A stretch of DNA of 64,000 bases, from assembly GCA_950097015.1 (NCBI GenBank), contig CATNEN010000027.1, positions 248,001 to 312,000 of the forward strand. The letters are read 5' to 3'. Below, one piece after another: positions 15,501-25,450 of this stretch; within the stretch, counting starts at the first letter, position 1; every line of letters begins with the position of its first letter. Below the pieces are notes generated by a model that was not told the DNA's origin, searched no databases, and saw only the letters and a list, made by a program, of their open reading frames with translations. Source of the DNA: Macrostomum hystrix. Taxonomy: Eukaryota > Animalia > Platyhelminthes. The translations under genes and the position numbers were made by a program.

Positions 15501-17034
15501 ATCTCACTCTATCCCCAAGTTCAATATATCCCAATGTCAGTCTATCCCAATGTCACTCTATCCCAATGCCACTCAATTCCAATGTCACTCTATCCCAATG
15601 TCACTCTATCCACAATTTCACTCTATCCACAACGTCATTCTATCGACAATGTTGCTCTATTCCAATGTCACCATTGCCTTCCCCGGTTCGCAGGCCGTTC
15701 CGTTGAACGCAGCAGCGACTTCAATCCTGGGACTGCAGGTGGCCGTGGAGGCTTACCGGCTGCACTCGCTTGAGTCGGGCCGGCAGCTCAGACTACCCAC
15801 CGTTGGCTACTCGCCCGCACAGTCGCTGTTTGTGGCTTTCGCCCAGGTGCGCAAATATTCATTTTGTTACTCTTCATTGACTGCGGGTTTTACTGAAATG
15901 TGCATCGGTTGCATGTCTTCTGCGCGTTGCTTTACGGCATTCTTGTGAGACATGTCCTTCAGAACTTGAAGGATTCTTGTCAGGAATTATGGAATTATTA
16001 TTGAGAATTAAAGTGTTCTTGTCAAAAATTTTAGTATTCCTGTCAGAAATTTTAGGTTTCTTGTCAGAAATTTTAGTATTCTTGTCAGCAATTTTAGGAT
16101 TCTTGTCAGCAATTTTAGTATTCATGTCAGCAATTTTAGGATTCTTGTCAGCAATTTTAGGATTCTTGTCAGCAATTTTAGTATTCATGTCAGCAATTTT
16201 AGGATTCTTGTCAGAAATTTTAGTATTATTGTCAGCAATTTTAGAATTTTTTTCAGGAAATTTAGTACTTTTGTCATTAAATTTTAGGATTCTTGTCAGG
16301 AAATAACAAGTTTCATCGAATTTTTTTCTCGCAGGCTCACTGTGGTGACGAGAGACCTGCATTGCTGGCCCAGCTGGCTGGCAACTACCTGCCACTGCGG
16401 ACCAGGCAAGCTGATGCATTGCTTAATTAGTCCTTTATTTACTCACATTGTGACTCATGTGTTCTTTGCATTCAATCCCAACCCTATCCCATCCCATCCC
16501 ATCCCATCCCATTTCATCCCATCCCATCCCATCCCATCCCATCCCATCCCATCCCATCCCATCCCATCCCATCCCATCCCATCCCATCCCATCCCATCCC
16601 ATCCCATCCCATCCCATCCCATCCCATCCCATCCCATCCCATCCCATCCCATCCCATCCCATCCCATTTCATCCCACCCAATCCCATCCCACCTAATCCC
16701 ATCCCATTTCATCCCATTTCATCCCATTCCATCCCATTCCATTCCATCCTATCCCATTCGATCCCATTCCATCCTATCCCATCCCATCCCATTCCATCCC
16801 ATCCCATCCCATCCCATCCCATCCCATCCCATCACATCCCAGCCATCATGCCTCATTGTGAGAATAAAACAGTTTTCATATTGATTGCCCAAATCAGGAT
16901 GCAAACAATTTACTGAGATGTTTAATGCGAATTTCAGAGTACACTTGGCACTGCAGCACAATGACCTGTTCCATGAATTGTTCCAATGCCCAGTCGTGTC
17001 TAACAGGAGAAGCTGCCTGTCTAACTTACTCTGA
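552..17034 (+). CDS. Neprilysin-like (peptidase family M13) protein, predicted catalytically inactive; multi-exon, N-terminus not resolved
   Basis: Phase-consistent exons with AG acceptors and GT donors (one GC): 552-621 (tentative), 1081-1181, 2028-2300, 3399-3562, 6647-6860, 7800-7901, 8671-8748, 8860-8969, 9047-9105, 10843-10900, 10991-11058, 14855-14949, possible 15131-~15194, 15694-15846, 16335-16405, 16938-17034 (TGA). The joined translation follows M13 landmarks in order: GVDALFRLRV..VLLLDE, KLTVAEL, NYFKQL, W..C, IGF, YPSYKYAENTVVLPAAFLQWP, FIG, GLQVAVEAY, LPTVGYSPAQSLFVAFAQAHCG, RVHLALQHNDLFHELFQCP. Confidence 0.88.
618..929. repeat. 20-bp minisatellite CAGTGTGAGATGTCCAYATT, ~15 copies
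   Basis: Direct reading. Confidence 0.95.
1520..1975. repeat. 20-bp minisatellite ACCCCACAATGACTCCAATC, ~22 copies
   Basis: Direct reading; in M13 intron 1182-2027. Confidence 0.95.
2306..2870. repeat. 20-bp minisatellite GATGGGATCATTTTAGATTG, ~27 copies
   Basis: Direct reading; starts a few bases after the donor at 2301. Confidence 0.95.
4704..4980 (+). mobile_element. tRNA-derived SINE with CORE-like central domain (intronic)
   Basis: tRNA-like head with B box GGTTCGATTCCC (4756-4767), then TGTGTCCTTTAGCATGACAATTAACTCTGCATTGCTTCAGTTCACCCAGCTGTTAAATGGG, which resembles the MIR/CORE consensus as recalled; ends in an AATAATAA tail. Confidence 0.7.
5005..5620. repeat. 34-bp minisatellite TCCCAATCTAAATCTAAACCCCTAGCCTAAAATA, ~18 copies
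   Basis: Direct reading. Confidence 0.95.
6170..6580. repeat. 21-bp minisatellite AGGATGTCAGGTGGAATGATT, ~19 copies
   Basis: Direct reading; source of ORF 6152..6628. Confidence 0.95.
6870..7760. repeat. 70-bp tandem repeat with internal expanding 9-bp subunits (CTCATGATT/CTCACGCTT)
   Basis: Direct reading. Confidence 0.92.
8040..8610. repeat. 16-bp minisatellite CATCACAGAATCCCTT
   Basis: Direct reading. Confidence 0.95.
9140..10810. repeat. 16-bp minisatellite GATCCCCATCCCAWCT, ~100 copies
   Basis: Direct reading; source of the MGISWDGDQ ORFs. Confidence 0.95.
11230..11680. repeat. ~49-bp tandem repeat (CTCCGATTCTCCCAAATCCCATTTCTCTGAAATCCCAACTCTCGCAACT) with shorter variants
   Basis: Direct reading. 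Confidence 0.9.
12500..14710. repeat. 13-16-bp pyrimidine-rich satellite (CCTGTCTCATMTCT), ~2.2 kb
   Basis: Direct reading; source of ORFs 13187..14881 and 13707..14738. Confidence 0.95.
15192..15670. repeat. 16-bp minisatellite AATGTCACTCTATCCC
   Basis: Direct reading. Confidence 0.92.
15975..16300. repeat. 21-bp minisatellite GTCAGCAATTTTAGGATTCTT
   Basis: Direct reading. Confidence 0.92.
16485..16830. repeat. (CCATC)n pentanucleotide microsatellite
   Basis: Direct reading. Confidence 0.95.
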
Positions 17035-17339
17035 CCAACAACTGACCATTTTTCATTTTTGCATATTATTTCATGTCAATAATTAGCCTAAACTGCATAT
17101 CATGACTTATTGTGTGCTGATTTTACTTCATTAATATTTCATTTGCTGTTTGTTTGTCATTAACTTGTGATGCCCAAGACTTGTGTATATTATAAATTTC
17201 TGACTACTCAACTGTTGTCAATTGGTAGCGTACTGAAAAAGATACATTGTGGCGGCACCGACTGTCAGTTGCATGAATATCACTTTCTAATTCTTTTTGT
17301 CGAATTAAATTTCATGCTCAAGAATATTTTGAATGACAC

Positions 17340-17835
17340 AGGAGGTGGTGGAGGAGGTGGTGGAGGAGATGGTGGAGGAGGTGTTGGAGTAGATGGTGGA
17401 GGAGATGGTGGAGGAGATGGTGGAGGAGATGGTGGAGGAGGTGTTGGAGTAGATGGTGGAGGAGGTGGTGGAGGAGGTGTTGGAGTAGATGGTGGAGGAG
17501 ATGGTGGAGGAGATGGTGGAGGAGATGGTGGAGGAGGTGTTGGAGTAGATGGTGGAGGAGGTGGTGGAGGAGATGGTGGAGGAGATGGTGGAGGAGGTGT
17601 TGGAGTAGATGGTGGAGCAGATGGTGGAGCAGATGGTGGAGCAGAAGGTAGAGCGGATGGTGGATCGGATGGTGGAGGAGATGGTGGAGGAGGTGGTGGG
17701 GCGGATGGTGGAGGAGATGGTGGAGGAGGTGGTGGGGCGGATGGTGGAGGAGATGGTGGAGGAGGTGGTGGGGCGGATGGTGGAGGAGATGGTGGAGGAG
17801 ATGGTGGAGGAGATGGTGGAGGAGATGGTGGAGAA
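17340..17835. repeat. G-rich 12-bp based repeat (GGTGGAGGAGAT)
   Basis: Direct reading; between the convergent M13 and sHSP genes. Confidence 0.9.
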
Positions 17836-18129
17836 GAACGTGTTGTCAAAGCTTGTTTGTTTGTTTTTTTGGACCCTACGCACAAGCTTACTTTAGGTAG
17901 AGCATACAGCATTTTTTCGAAATCAGGTGCACTTAGATAGAATTGTGTTCAGAGTTTACTTTACTAGTTTCAATGTGTTTTCTAGGATTTCTTAGGGCTT
18001 GTAAAGCTTCAAGTACACTTAATTTTGCTAGCACATCACATTTGAAGCTTAAGACTTTAACATAAAGACTTTATGTCTTTGTCGCGGTTATTAAAACTAT
18101 TACAAAAATTAATTCGGAAAGTCGGCTCA

Positions 18130-18460
18130 AGGACTGGGGAGGCAGTGTGCTCAAGGACTGGGGAGGCAGTGTACTCAAGGACTGGGGAGGCAGTGTGCTC
18201 AAGGACTGGGGAGGCAGTGTACTCAAGGACTATGGAGGCAGTGTGCTCAAGGACTATGGAGGCAGTGTACTCAAGGACTGGGGAGGCAGTGTGCTCAAGG
18301 ACTATGGAGGCAGTGTACTCAAGGACTGGGGAGGCAGTGTGCTCAAGGACTATGGAGGCAGTGTACTCAAGGACTGGGGAGGCAGTGTGCTCAAGGACTA
18401 TGGAGGCAGTGTACTCAAGGACTGGGGAGGCAGTTTACTCAAGGACTGGGGAGGCATTGG
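18130..18460. repeat. 24-bp minisatellite CTCAAGGACTGGGGAGGCAGTGTR
   Basis: Direct reading; just downstream of the sHSP stop. Confidence 0.95.
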
Positions 18461-18527
18461 GCTCCAGGTAGCAGGCAGTCCCATCTGAATGCAAGCAGTC
18501 AGCAGCAGTCGCATTCAAAGTCCACTT

Positions 18528-19400
18528 TCATGAGACTCGGCAACAGCGGCACTGACTATCGCCTTCGTCGCGCCCCTGGCTGCGCGGCTCCTCGCCGTAC
18601 GGGCCTTCACTCAGCGGCGCCTCGAGCCGCAGGACGCCCGGTCGGCGGAGCCGGCACTCGAGCCGCTCCAGCGACACGCCCGACGGAGCGCGCAGGCGGC
18701 GTTCAAACTCGACGCGCCGCCGGCCTGACTCGGCCTGGCATGCCAGCACCGTCAGGCAGCTGCCGCCGTCGATCGTCACAACGATGTCGGCCGGTTGAAA
18801 CTCAGGCGACAGCGGCAGCTCCAGCACCCATTGCGATCCGACCAGTCGACCGTCGACTGCATCGCTGTGGGGCTCGACTAGCGTGAGCTTCGGTCGGCGA
18901 TAGCCAGCCCGCAGCTCCAGCACGTCACCCTCGAGCCAGCAGACCAGGCTGTCCTCGTCGACATCGTCCGGCAGCTGGAGGCTTCGCCGAATGAGCGCAG
19001 TCAGCTCCGGATCGACTGGCGACACCGCCTTGGCGCTGACGGAAAATCGGCCGTCGACTCGCCTGACTGCGATGTCCTGCGGCGAGAAGCCGGGCAGGAA
19101 GATCTCGCGCGACCAGCGGACTCTGCAGCCGCCGCGGGCTGCGTCGCTCCGCGGTCCGGCGCCCTCACGATGTACGCAGTCCGGCCGCAGCTTGGCGAAG
19201 GCGCGTGTCGGCTGGCAGGTCATTGTTCTTTGCCTTGTCACTTTCTCCTGAATGTCCACTTGTCCTCTTGGGTATCCGCTGGATGTCTGTGGACAATACT
19301 GACTATTCCTTGGCGTTTCTCTGATCTTTCTTGATCCTTCAGATCCTACAGTTTGTCTATAGCTGCTCAAATGACTTGTCCCACTGCTCTCTGCTCTCAT
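18528..19400 (-). CDS. Small heat-shock protein with two tandem alpha-crystallin domains (p40/Tsp36-like)
   Basis: Single GC-rich ORF with two HSP20-type domains (LPGFSPQDIAVR..RRSLQLPDDVDEDSLVCWL.GDVLELRA and LPLSPEFQPADIVVTI..FERRLRAPSGVSLERLECRL..GVLRLEAP). Start is either ATG 19400 (290 aa) or ATG 19223 (231 aa), where the GC-rich part begins. Confidence 0.85.
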   Translation of the reverse strand: MRAESSGTSHLSSYRQTVGSEGSRKIRETPRNSQYCPQTSSGYPRGQVDIQEKVTRQRTMTCQPTRAFAKLRPDCVHREGAGPRSDAARGGCRVRWSREIFLPGFSPQDIAVRRVDGRFSVSAKAVSPVDPELTALIRRSLQLPDDVDEDSLVCWLEGDVLELRAGYRRPKLTLVEPHSDAVDGRLVGSQWVLELPLSPEFQPADIVVTIDGGSCLTVLACQAESGRRRVEFERRLRAPSGVSLERLECRLRRPGVLRLEAPLSEGPYGEEPRSQGRDEGDSQCRCCRVS

Positions 19401-19844
19401 ACTGCATCCACAACATTTTTGTCCCTGTGTCCCTAGCCTTTAATTAACTGCTTGCAAGGCCAGCCGGGAAGGCTGCAGAATATCCCCATAGGTGTGGGAC
19501 AGTTCCCAATTGGCTACTCTAAGCTAGCGAGATGGAGGGCGAGCATTGGCGATTGGGGCGATAGGAAAAGCATCCCATGAACGATGCGCGGAGTTGGAAA
19601 TGGGAGATTGTGCAGCGGCATCGATTGCTTCTCAGCCTCCGAGCACATCTCAATGTGAGTCACGTCAGGTGAGGCTGCGGCTTCATTTTGCACGCGCATT
19701 TTGGATTTTGGTAGCTTCCTAGTGGGTTAGTGGGTCATGGACTAGGAAGATGGGGAAAGTGGGTCACGGACTAGGAAGATTGGGAGAGCAGAGACAAAAG
19801 CGAACAAAGCAGAGAGTTGGTCATAGCGAACAGAGGAGACAGTG

Positions 19845-20455
19845 GGTCATAGGGAACAGATGAGTGGGTCATAGGGAACAGATTAGTGGGTCATAGGGAA
19901 CAGATGAGTGGGTCATAGGGAACAGATGAGTGGGTCATAGGGAACAGATTAGTGGGTCATAGGGAACAGATGAGTGGGTCATAGGGAACAGATGAGTGGG
20001 TCATAGGGAACAGATGAGTGGGTCAAAGGGAACAGATGAGTGGGTCATAGGGAACAGATTAGTGGGTCATAGGGAACAGATGAGTGGGTCAAAGGGAACA
20101 GATGAGTGGGTCATAGGGAACAGATGAGTGGGTCAAAGGGAACAGATGAGTGGGTCATAGGGAACAGATGAGTGGGTCATAGGGAACAGATGAGTGGGTC
20201 ATAGGGAACAGATGAGTGGGTCAAAGGGAACAGATGAGTGGGTCATAGGGAACGAATGAGTGTGTCATAGGGAACAGATTAGTGGGTCATAGGGAACAGA
20301 TGAGTGGGTCAAAGGGAACATATGAGTGGGTCATAGGGAACAGATGAGTGGGTCAAAGGGAACAGATGAGTGGGTCATAGGGAACAGATTAGTGGGTCAT
20401 AGGGAACAGATGAGTGGGTCATGTGGAACAGATGAGTGGGTCATAGGGAACAGAG
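19845..20455. repeat. 22-bp minisatellite GAGTGGGTCATAGGGAACAGAT
   Basis: Direct reading; upstream of the sHSP gene. Confidence 0.95.
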
Positions 20456-20929
20456 GAGAAAGTGAGTAATAGAATGCAGATTAGACGAGCAAAGGAAATC
20501 TGACAAGGAACTCTGAGAATTCCTCAGCAATGGCTACTTTCAGTAGCAAAATTAGCGTTGTCCCCACAAATGCAACACAGGTACTATAAAAGGATTGTAA
20601 GACTTAGGCTTGCACATGCATGGCTAAAAAACCATCGCTAACCAAAAAATATTTTGATAACTGGTACTGAGTAACTATTGACGTGCACATATCAGACACA
20701 AAAACTACTAACACACTGAAAATAACTTAAATAAAATAGCTAATTAAAATTAAAAGCAAAGGGCTGATATAAAAATCCTAGAAAAACTATTCAATGACGA
20801 GCGATATGTAGAGAAAGGACGCATAGATAGCTGCTGAATTTTGAAAATGCTATTTTTGTAGAAATAACATTAGGTGGCATTCCAGGACTTCTACAGTCTA
20901 GAACCAATGGGGCATTAAGGGAATTCTCT

Positions 20930-21545
20930 ATCCCTTCACATCCCTTCCCATCCCTTCCCATCCCTGCCCATTCCTTCCCATCCCTTCCCATCCCTTCTCA
21001 TTCCTTCCCATCCCTTCCCATCCCATCCCATCCCATCCCATCCCTTCCCATTCCTTCCCATCACATCCCATCCCATCCAATTCCTTCCCATCACTTCCCA
21101 TCCCCTTCACATCCCTTCCCATTCCTTCCCATCCCTTCCCATCCCCTTCACATCCCTTCCCATCGCTTCCCATCGCTTCCCATCCCTTCCCATCCCTTCC
21201 CATCCCTTCCCATCCCCTTCACATCCCTTCCCATCGCTTCCCATCCCTTCCCATCCCTTCCCATCCCTTCCCATCCCTTCCCATCCCTTCCCATCCCTTC
21301 CCATCCCTTCACATCCCTTCCCATCGCTTCCCATCCCTTCCCATCCCTTCCCATCCCTTCCCATCCCTTCCCATCCCTTCCCATCCCCTTCACATCCCTT
21401 CCCATTCCTTCCCAACACATCCCATCCCATCCCATTCCTTCCCATCACTTCCCATTCCTTCCTATTCCTTCCCATTCCTTCCCATCCCTTCCCATCCCCT
21501 TCACATCCCTCCCCATCGCTTCCCATCCCTCCCCATCCCTCCCCA
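20930..21545. repeat. (CCATCCCTTC)n 10-bp array; also at 34665-34960, 43875-44232, 49730-49932 and inverted at 58218-58600
   Basis: Direct reading; always immediately 5' of module A. Confidence 0.95.
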
Positions 21546-22077
21546 TCCAGTTGAGCTAAATGTCAAGGCAAAGTGTTTCAGTTTGCAGTGGGAACGTTAT
21601 TAAAAAATATAATATTCTTGACTTCCCCAAATTCCCTCGCATTGCCCAGCTCAGAATTACTCTGTGGCCTCCTAAAGCCTACCACAATAAAGTTACTTTG
21701 GGAAGAGGCCGCAGACTTCCGCAGACACGCAGGGTGTCGTGTCTTGCCAGCGCTGAGTAACTGCCCACCCCACCTCCGGCCGACCACCCAGGAGAATCTT
21801 CAGCGCGAACTCCTCCTCGCTTGTCGGCAATAAATCAAAGAGTGTCGGAGTCTTGACAGTCACTGAGGCAGAAGCCACTGATTGTTTCTTCTGTCACATG
21901 CAAAAGTTCAGGACTGCAAGACTTGCCGCAATGCACCGCACACACAGGACAAAGACTCACAACAGGGAAGACAAGTGACTGTCCCCGTGATATCAATCCT
22001 ATGGACTTCGGCAGAAAAATGAAAAACTAAAGTAGGATTTTTTAATTCGGTTTAGGAAAGTTTGTTTCGGTTAGTGA

Positions 22078-25000
22078 GCTGTAGGATAAAAATAGCTGAT
22101 TTCTGTGGGATAATATCCAGTGGCTGTAGGATAAAAATAGCTGATTTCTGTGGGATAATATCCAGTGGCTGTAGGATAAAAATAGCTGATTTCTGTGGGA
22201 TAATTTCCAGTGGCTGTAGGATAAAAATAGCTGATTTCTGTGGGATAATATCCAGTGAGATGTAGGATGAGAATAGCTGATTTCTGTGGGATAATATCCA
22301 GTGGCTGTAGTATCAAAATAGCTGATTTCTGTGGGATAATATCCAGTGAGATGAGGGATGAGAATAGTCTGATTTCTGTGGGATAATATCCAGTGAGATG
22401 TAGGATGAGAATAGCTGATTTCTGTGGGATAATATCCAGTGAGATGTAGGATGAGAATAGCTGATTTCTGTGGGATAATATCCAGTGAGATGTAGGATGA
22501 GAATAGCTGATTTCTGTGGGATAATATCCTGTGAGATGTAGGATGAGAATAGCTGATTTCTGTGGGATAATATCCAGTGGCTGTAGGATAAAAATAGCTG
22601 ATTTCTGTGGGATAATATCCAGTGAGATGAGGGATGAGAATAGCTGATTTCTGTGGGATAATATCCAGTGAGATGTAGGATGAGAATAGCTGATTTCTGT
22701 GGGATAATATCCAGTGAGATGTAGGATGAGAATAGCTGATTTCTGTGGGATAATATCCAGTGAGATGTAGGATGAGAATAGCTGATTTCTGTGGGATAAT
22801 ATCCAGTGAGATGTAGGATGAGAATAGCTGATTTCTGTGGGATAATATCCAGTGAGATGAGGGATGAGAATAGCTGATTTCTGTGGGATAATATCCAGTG
22901 AGATATAGGATGAGAATAGCTGATTTCTGTGGGATAATATCCAGTGAGATGTAGGATGAGAATAGCTGATTTCTGTGGGATAATATCCAGTGAGATGTAG
23001 GATGAGAATAGCTGATTTCTGTGGGATAATATCCAGTGAGATGAGGGATGAGAATAGCTGATTTCTGTGGGATAATATCCAGTGAGATATAGGATGAGAA
23101 TAGCTGATTTCTGTGGGATAATATCCTGTGAGATGTTGGATGAGAATAGCTGATTTCTGTGGGATAATATCCAGTGAGATATAGGATGAGAATAGCTGAT
23201 TTCTGTGGGATAATATCCTGTGAGATGTAGGATGAGAATAGCTGATTTCTGTGGGATAATATCCAGTGAGATGTAGGATGAGAATAGCTGATTTCTGTGG
23301 GATAATATCCAGTGAGGTGTAGGATGAGAATAGCTGATTTCTGTGGGATAATATCCAGTGAGATGTAGGATGAGAATAGCTGATTTCTGTGGGATAATAT
23401 CCAGTAAGATGTAGGATGAGAATAGCTGATTTCTGTGGGATAATATCCAGTGAGATGTAGGATGAGAATAGCTGATTTCTGTGGGATAATATCCAGTGAG
23501 ATGTAGGATGAGAATAGCTTATTTCTGTGGGATAATATCCAGTGAGATGTAGGATGAGAATAGCTTATTTCTGTGGGATAATATCCAGTAAGATGTAGGA
23601 TGAAAATAGCTGATTTCTGTGGGATAATATCCAGTGAGGTGTAGGATGAGAATAGCTGATTTCTGTGGGATAATATCCAGTGAGATGTAGGATGAGAATA
23701 GCTGATTTCTGTGGGATAATATCCAGTAAGATGTAGGATGAGAATAGCTGATTTCTGTGGGATAATATCCAGTGAGATGTAGGATGAGAATAGCTTATTT
23801 CTGTGGGATAATATCTAGTGAGATGTAGGATGAGAATAGCTGATTTCTGTGGGATAATATCCAGTGAGATGTAGGATGAGAATAGCTGATTTCTGTGGGA
23901 TAATATCCAGTTAGATGTAGGATGAGAATGGCTTATTTCTGTGGGATAATATCCAGTGAGATGTAGGATGAGAATAGCTGATTTCTGTGGGATAATATCC
24001 AGTGAGATGTAGGATGAGAATAGCTGATTTATGTGGGATAATATCCAGTGAGATGTAGGATGAGAATAGCTGATTTCTGTGGGATAATATCCAGTGAGAT
24101 GAGGGATTGGAATAGCTGATTTCTGTGGGATAATATCCAGTGAGATGAGGGATTGGAATAGCTGATTTCTGTGGGATAATATCCAGTGATATGTAGGATG
24201 AGAATAGCTGATTTCTGTGGGATAATATCCAGTGAGATGTAGGATGAGAATAGCTGATTTCTGTGGGATAATATCCAGTGAGATGTAGGATGAGAATAGC
24301 TGATTTCTGTGGGATAATATCCTGTGAGATGTGGGATGAGAATAGCTGATTTCTGTGGGATAATATCCAGTGAGATGTAGGATGAGAATAGCTGATTTCT
24401 GTGGGATAATATCCAGTGAGATGTAGGATGGGAATAGCTGATTTCTGTGGGATAATATCCAGTGAGATGTAGGATGAGAATAGCTTATTTCTGTGGGATA
24501 ATATCCTGTGAGATGTTGGATGAGAATAGCTGATTTCTGTGGGATAATATCCAGTGGGATGTAGGATGAGAATAGCTGATTTCTGTGGGATAATATCCAC
24601 TGAGATGTAGGATGAGAATAGCTGATTTCTGTGGGATAATATCCTGTGAGATGTTGGATGAGAATAGCTGATTTCTGTGGGATAATATCCAGTGAGATGT
24701 AGGATGAGAATAGCTTATTTCTGTGGGATAATATCCTGTGAGATGTTGGATGAGAATAGCTGATTTCTGTGGGATAATATCCTGTGAGATGTTGGATGAG
24801 AATAGCTGATTTCTGTGGGATAATATCCAGTGAGATGTAGGATGAGAATAGCTGATTTCTGTGGGATAATATCCAGTGAGATGTGGGATGAGAATAGTTG
24901 ATTTCTGTGGGATAATATCCAGTGAGATGTTGGATGAGAATAGCTGATTTCTGTGGGATAATATCCTGTGAGATGTAGGATGAGAATAGCTGATTTCTGT

Positions 25001-25450
25001 GGGATAATATCCAGTGAGATGTAGGATGAGAATAGCTGATTTCTGTGGGATAATATCCAGTGAGATGTAGGATGAGAATAGTTGATTTCTGTGGGATAAT
25101 ATCCTGTGAGATGTTGGATGAGAATAGCTGATTTCTGTGGGATAATATCCTGTGAGATGTAGGATGAGAATAGCTGATTTCTGTGGGATAATATCCAGTG
25201 AGATGTAGGATGAGAATAGCTGATTTCTGTGGGACAATATCCAGTGAGATGTAGGATGAGAATAGCTGATTTCTGTGGGATAATATCCATTGAGATGTGG
25301 GATGAGAATAGCTGATTTCTGTGGGATAATATCCATTGAGATGTGGGATGAGAATAGCTGATTTCTGTGGGATAATATCCAGTGAGATGTAGGATGAGAA
25401 TAGCTGATTTCTGTGGGATAATATCCAGTGAGATGTGGGATGAGAATAGC
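22078..25450. repeat. 46-bp satellite (GAGAATAGCTGATTTCTGTGGGATAATATCCAGTGAGATGTAGGAT), ~73 copies
   Basis: Direct reading; contiguous units with no spacers. Confidence 0.97.

Noticed and set aside
17167-17940. Gly-rich (+) or Pro-rich extensin-like (-) protein
   Set aside because: Stop-free G-rich repeat open in several frames, with no signal peptide or unique domain; cannot be excluded without RNA data.
19514-19699. 61-aa ORF upstream of the sHSP
   Set aside because: Short, no motif, and no supported splice link to the sHSP ORF.
22078-25450. 46-bp array as a CRISPR array
   Set aside because: Units are contiguous with no unique spacers, there are no cas genes, and the context is eukaryotic.
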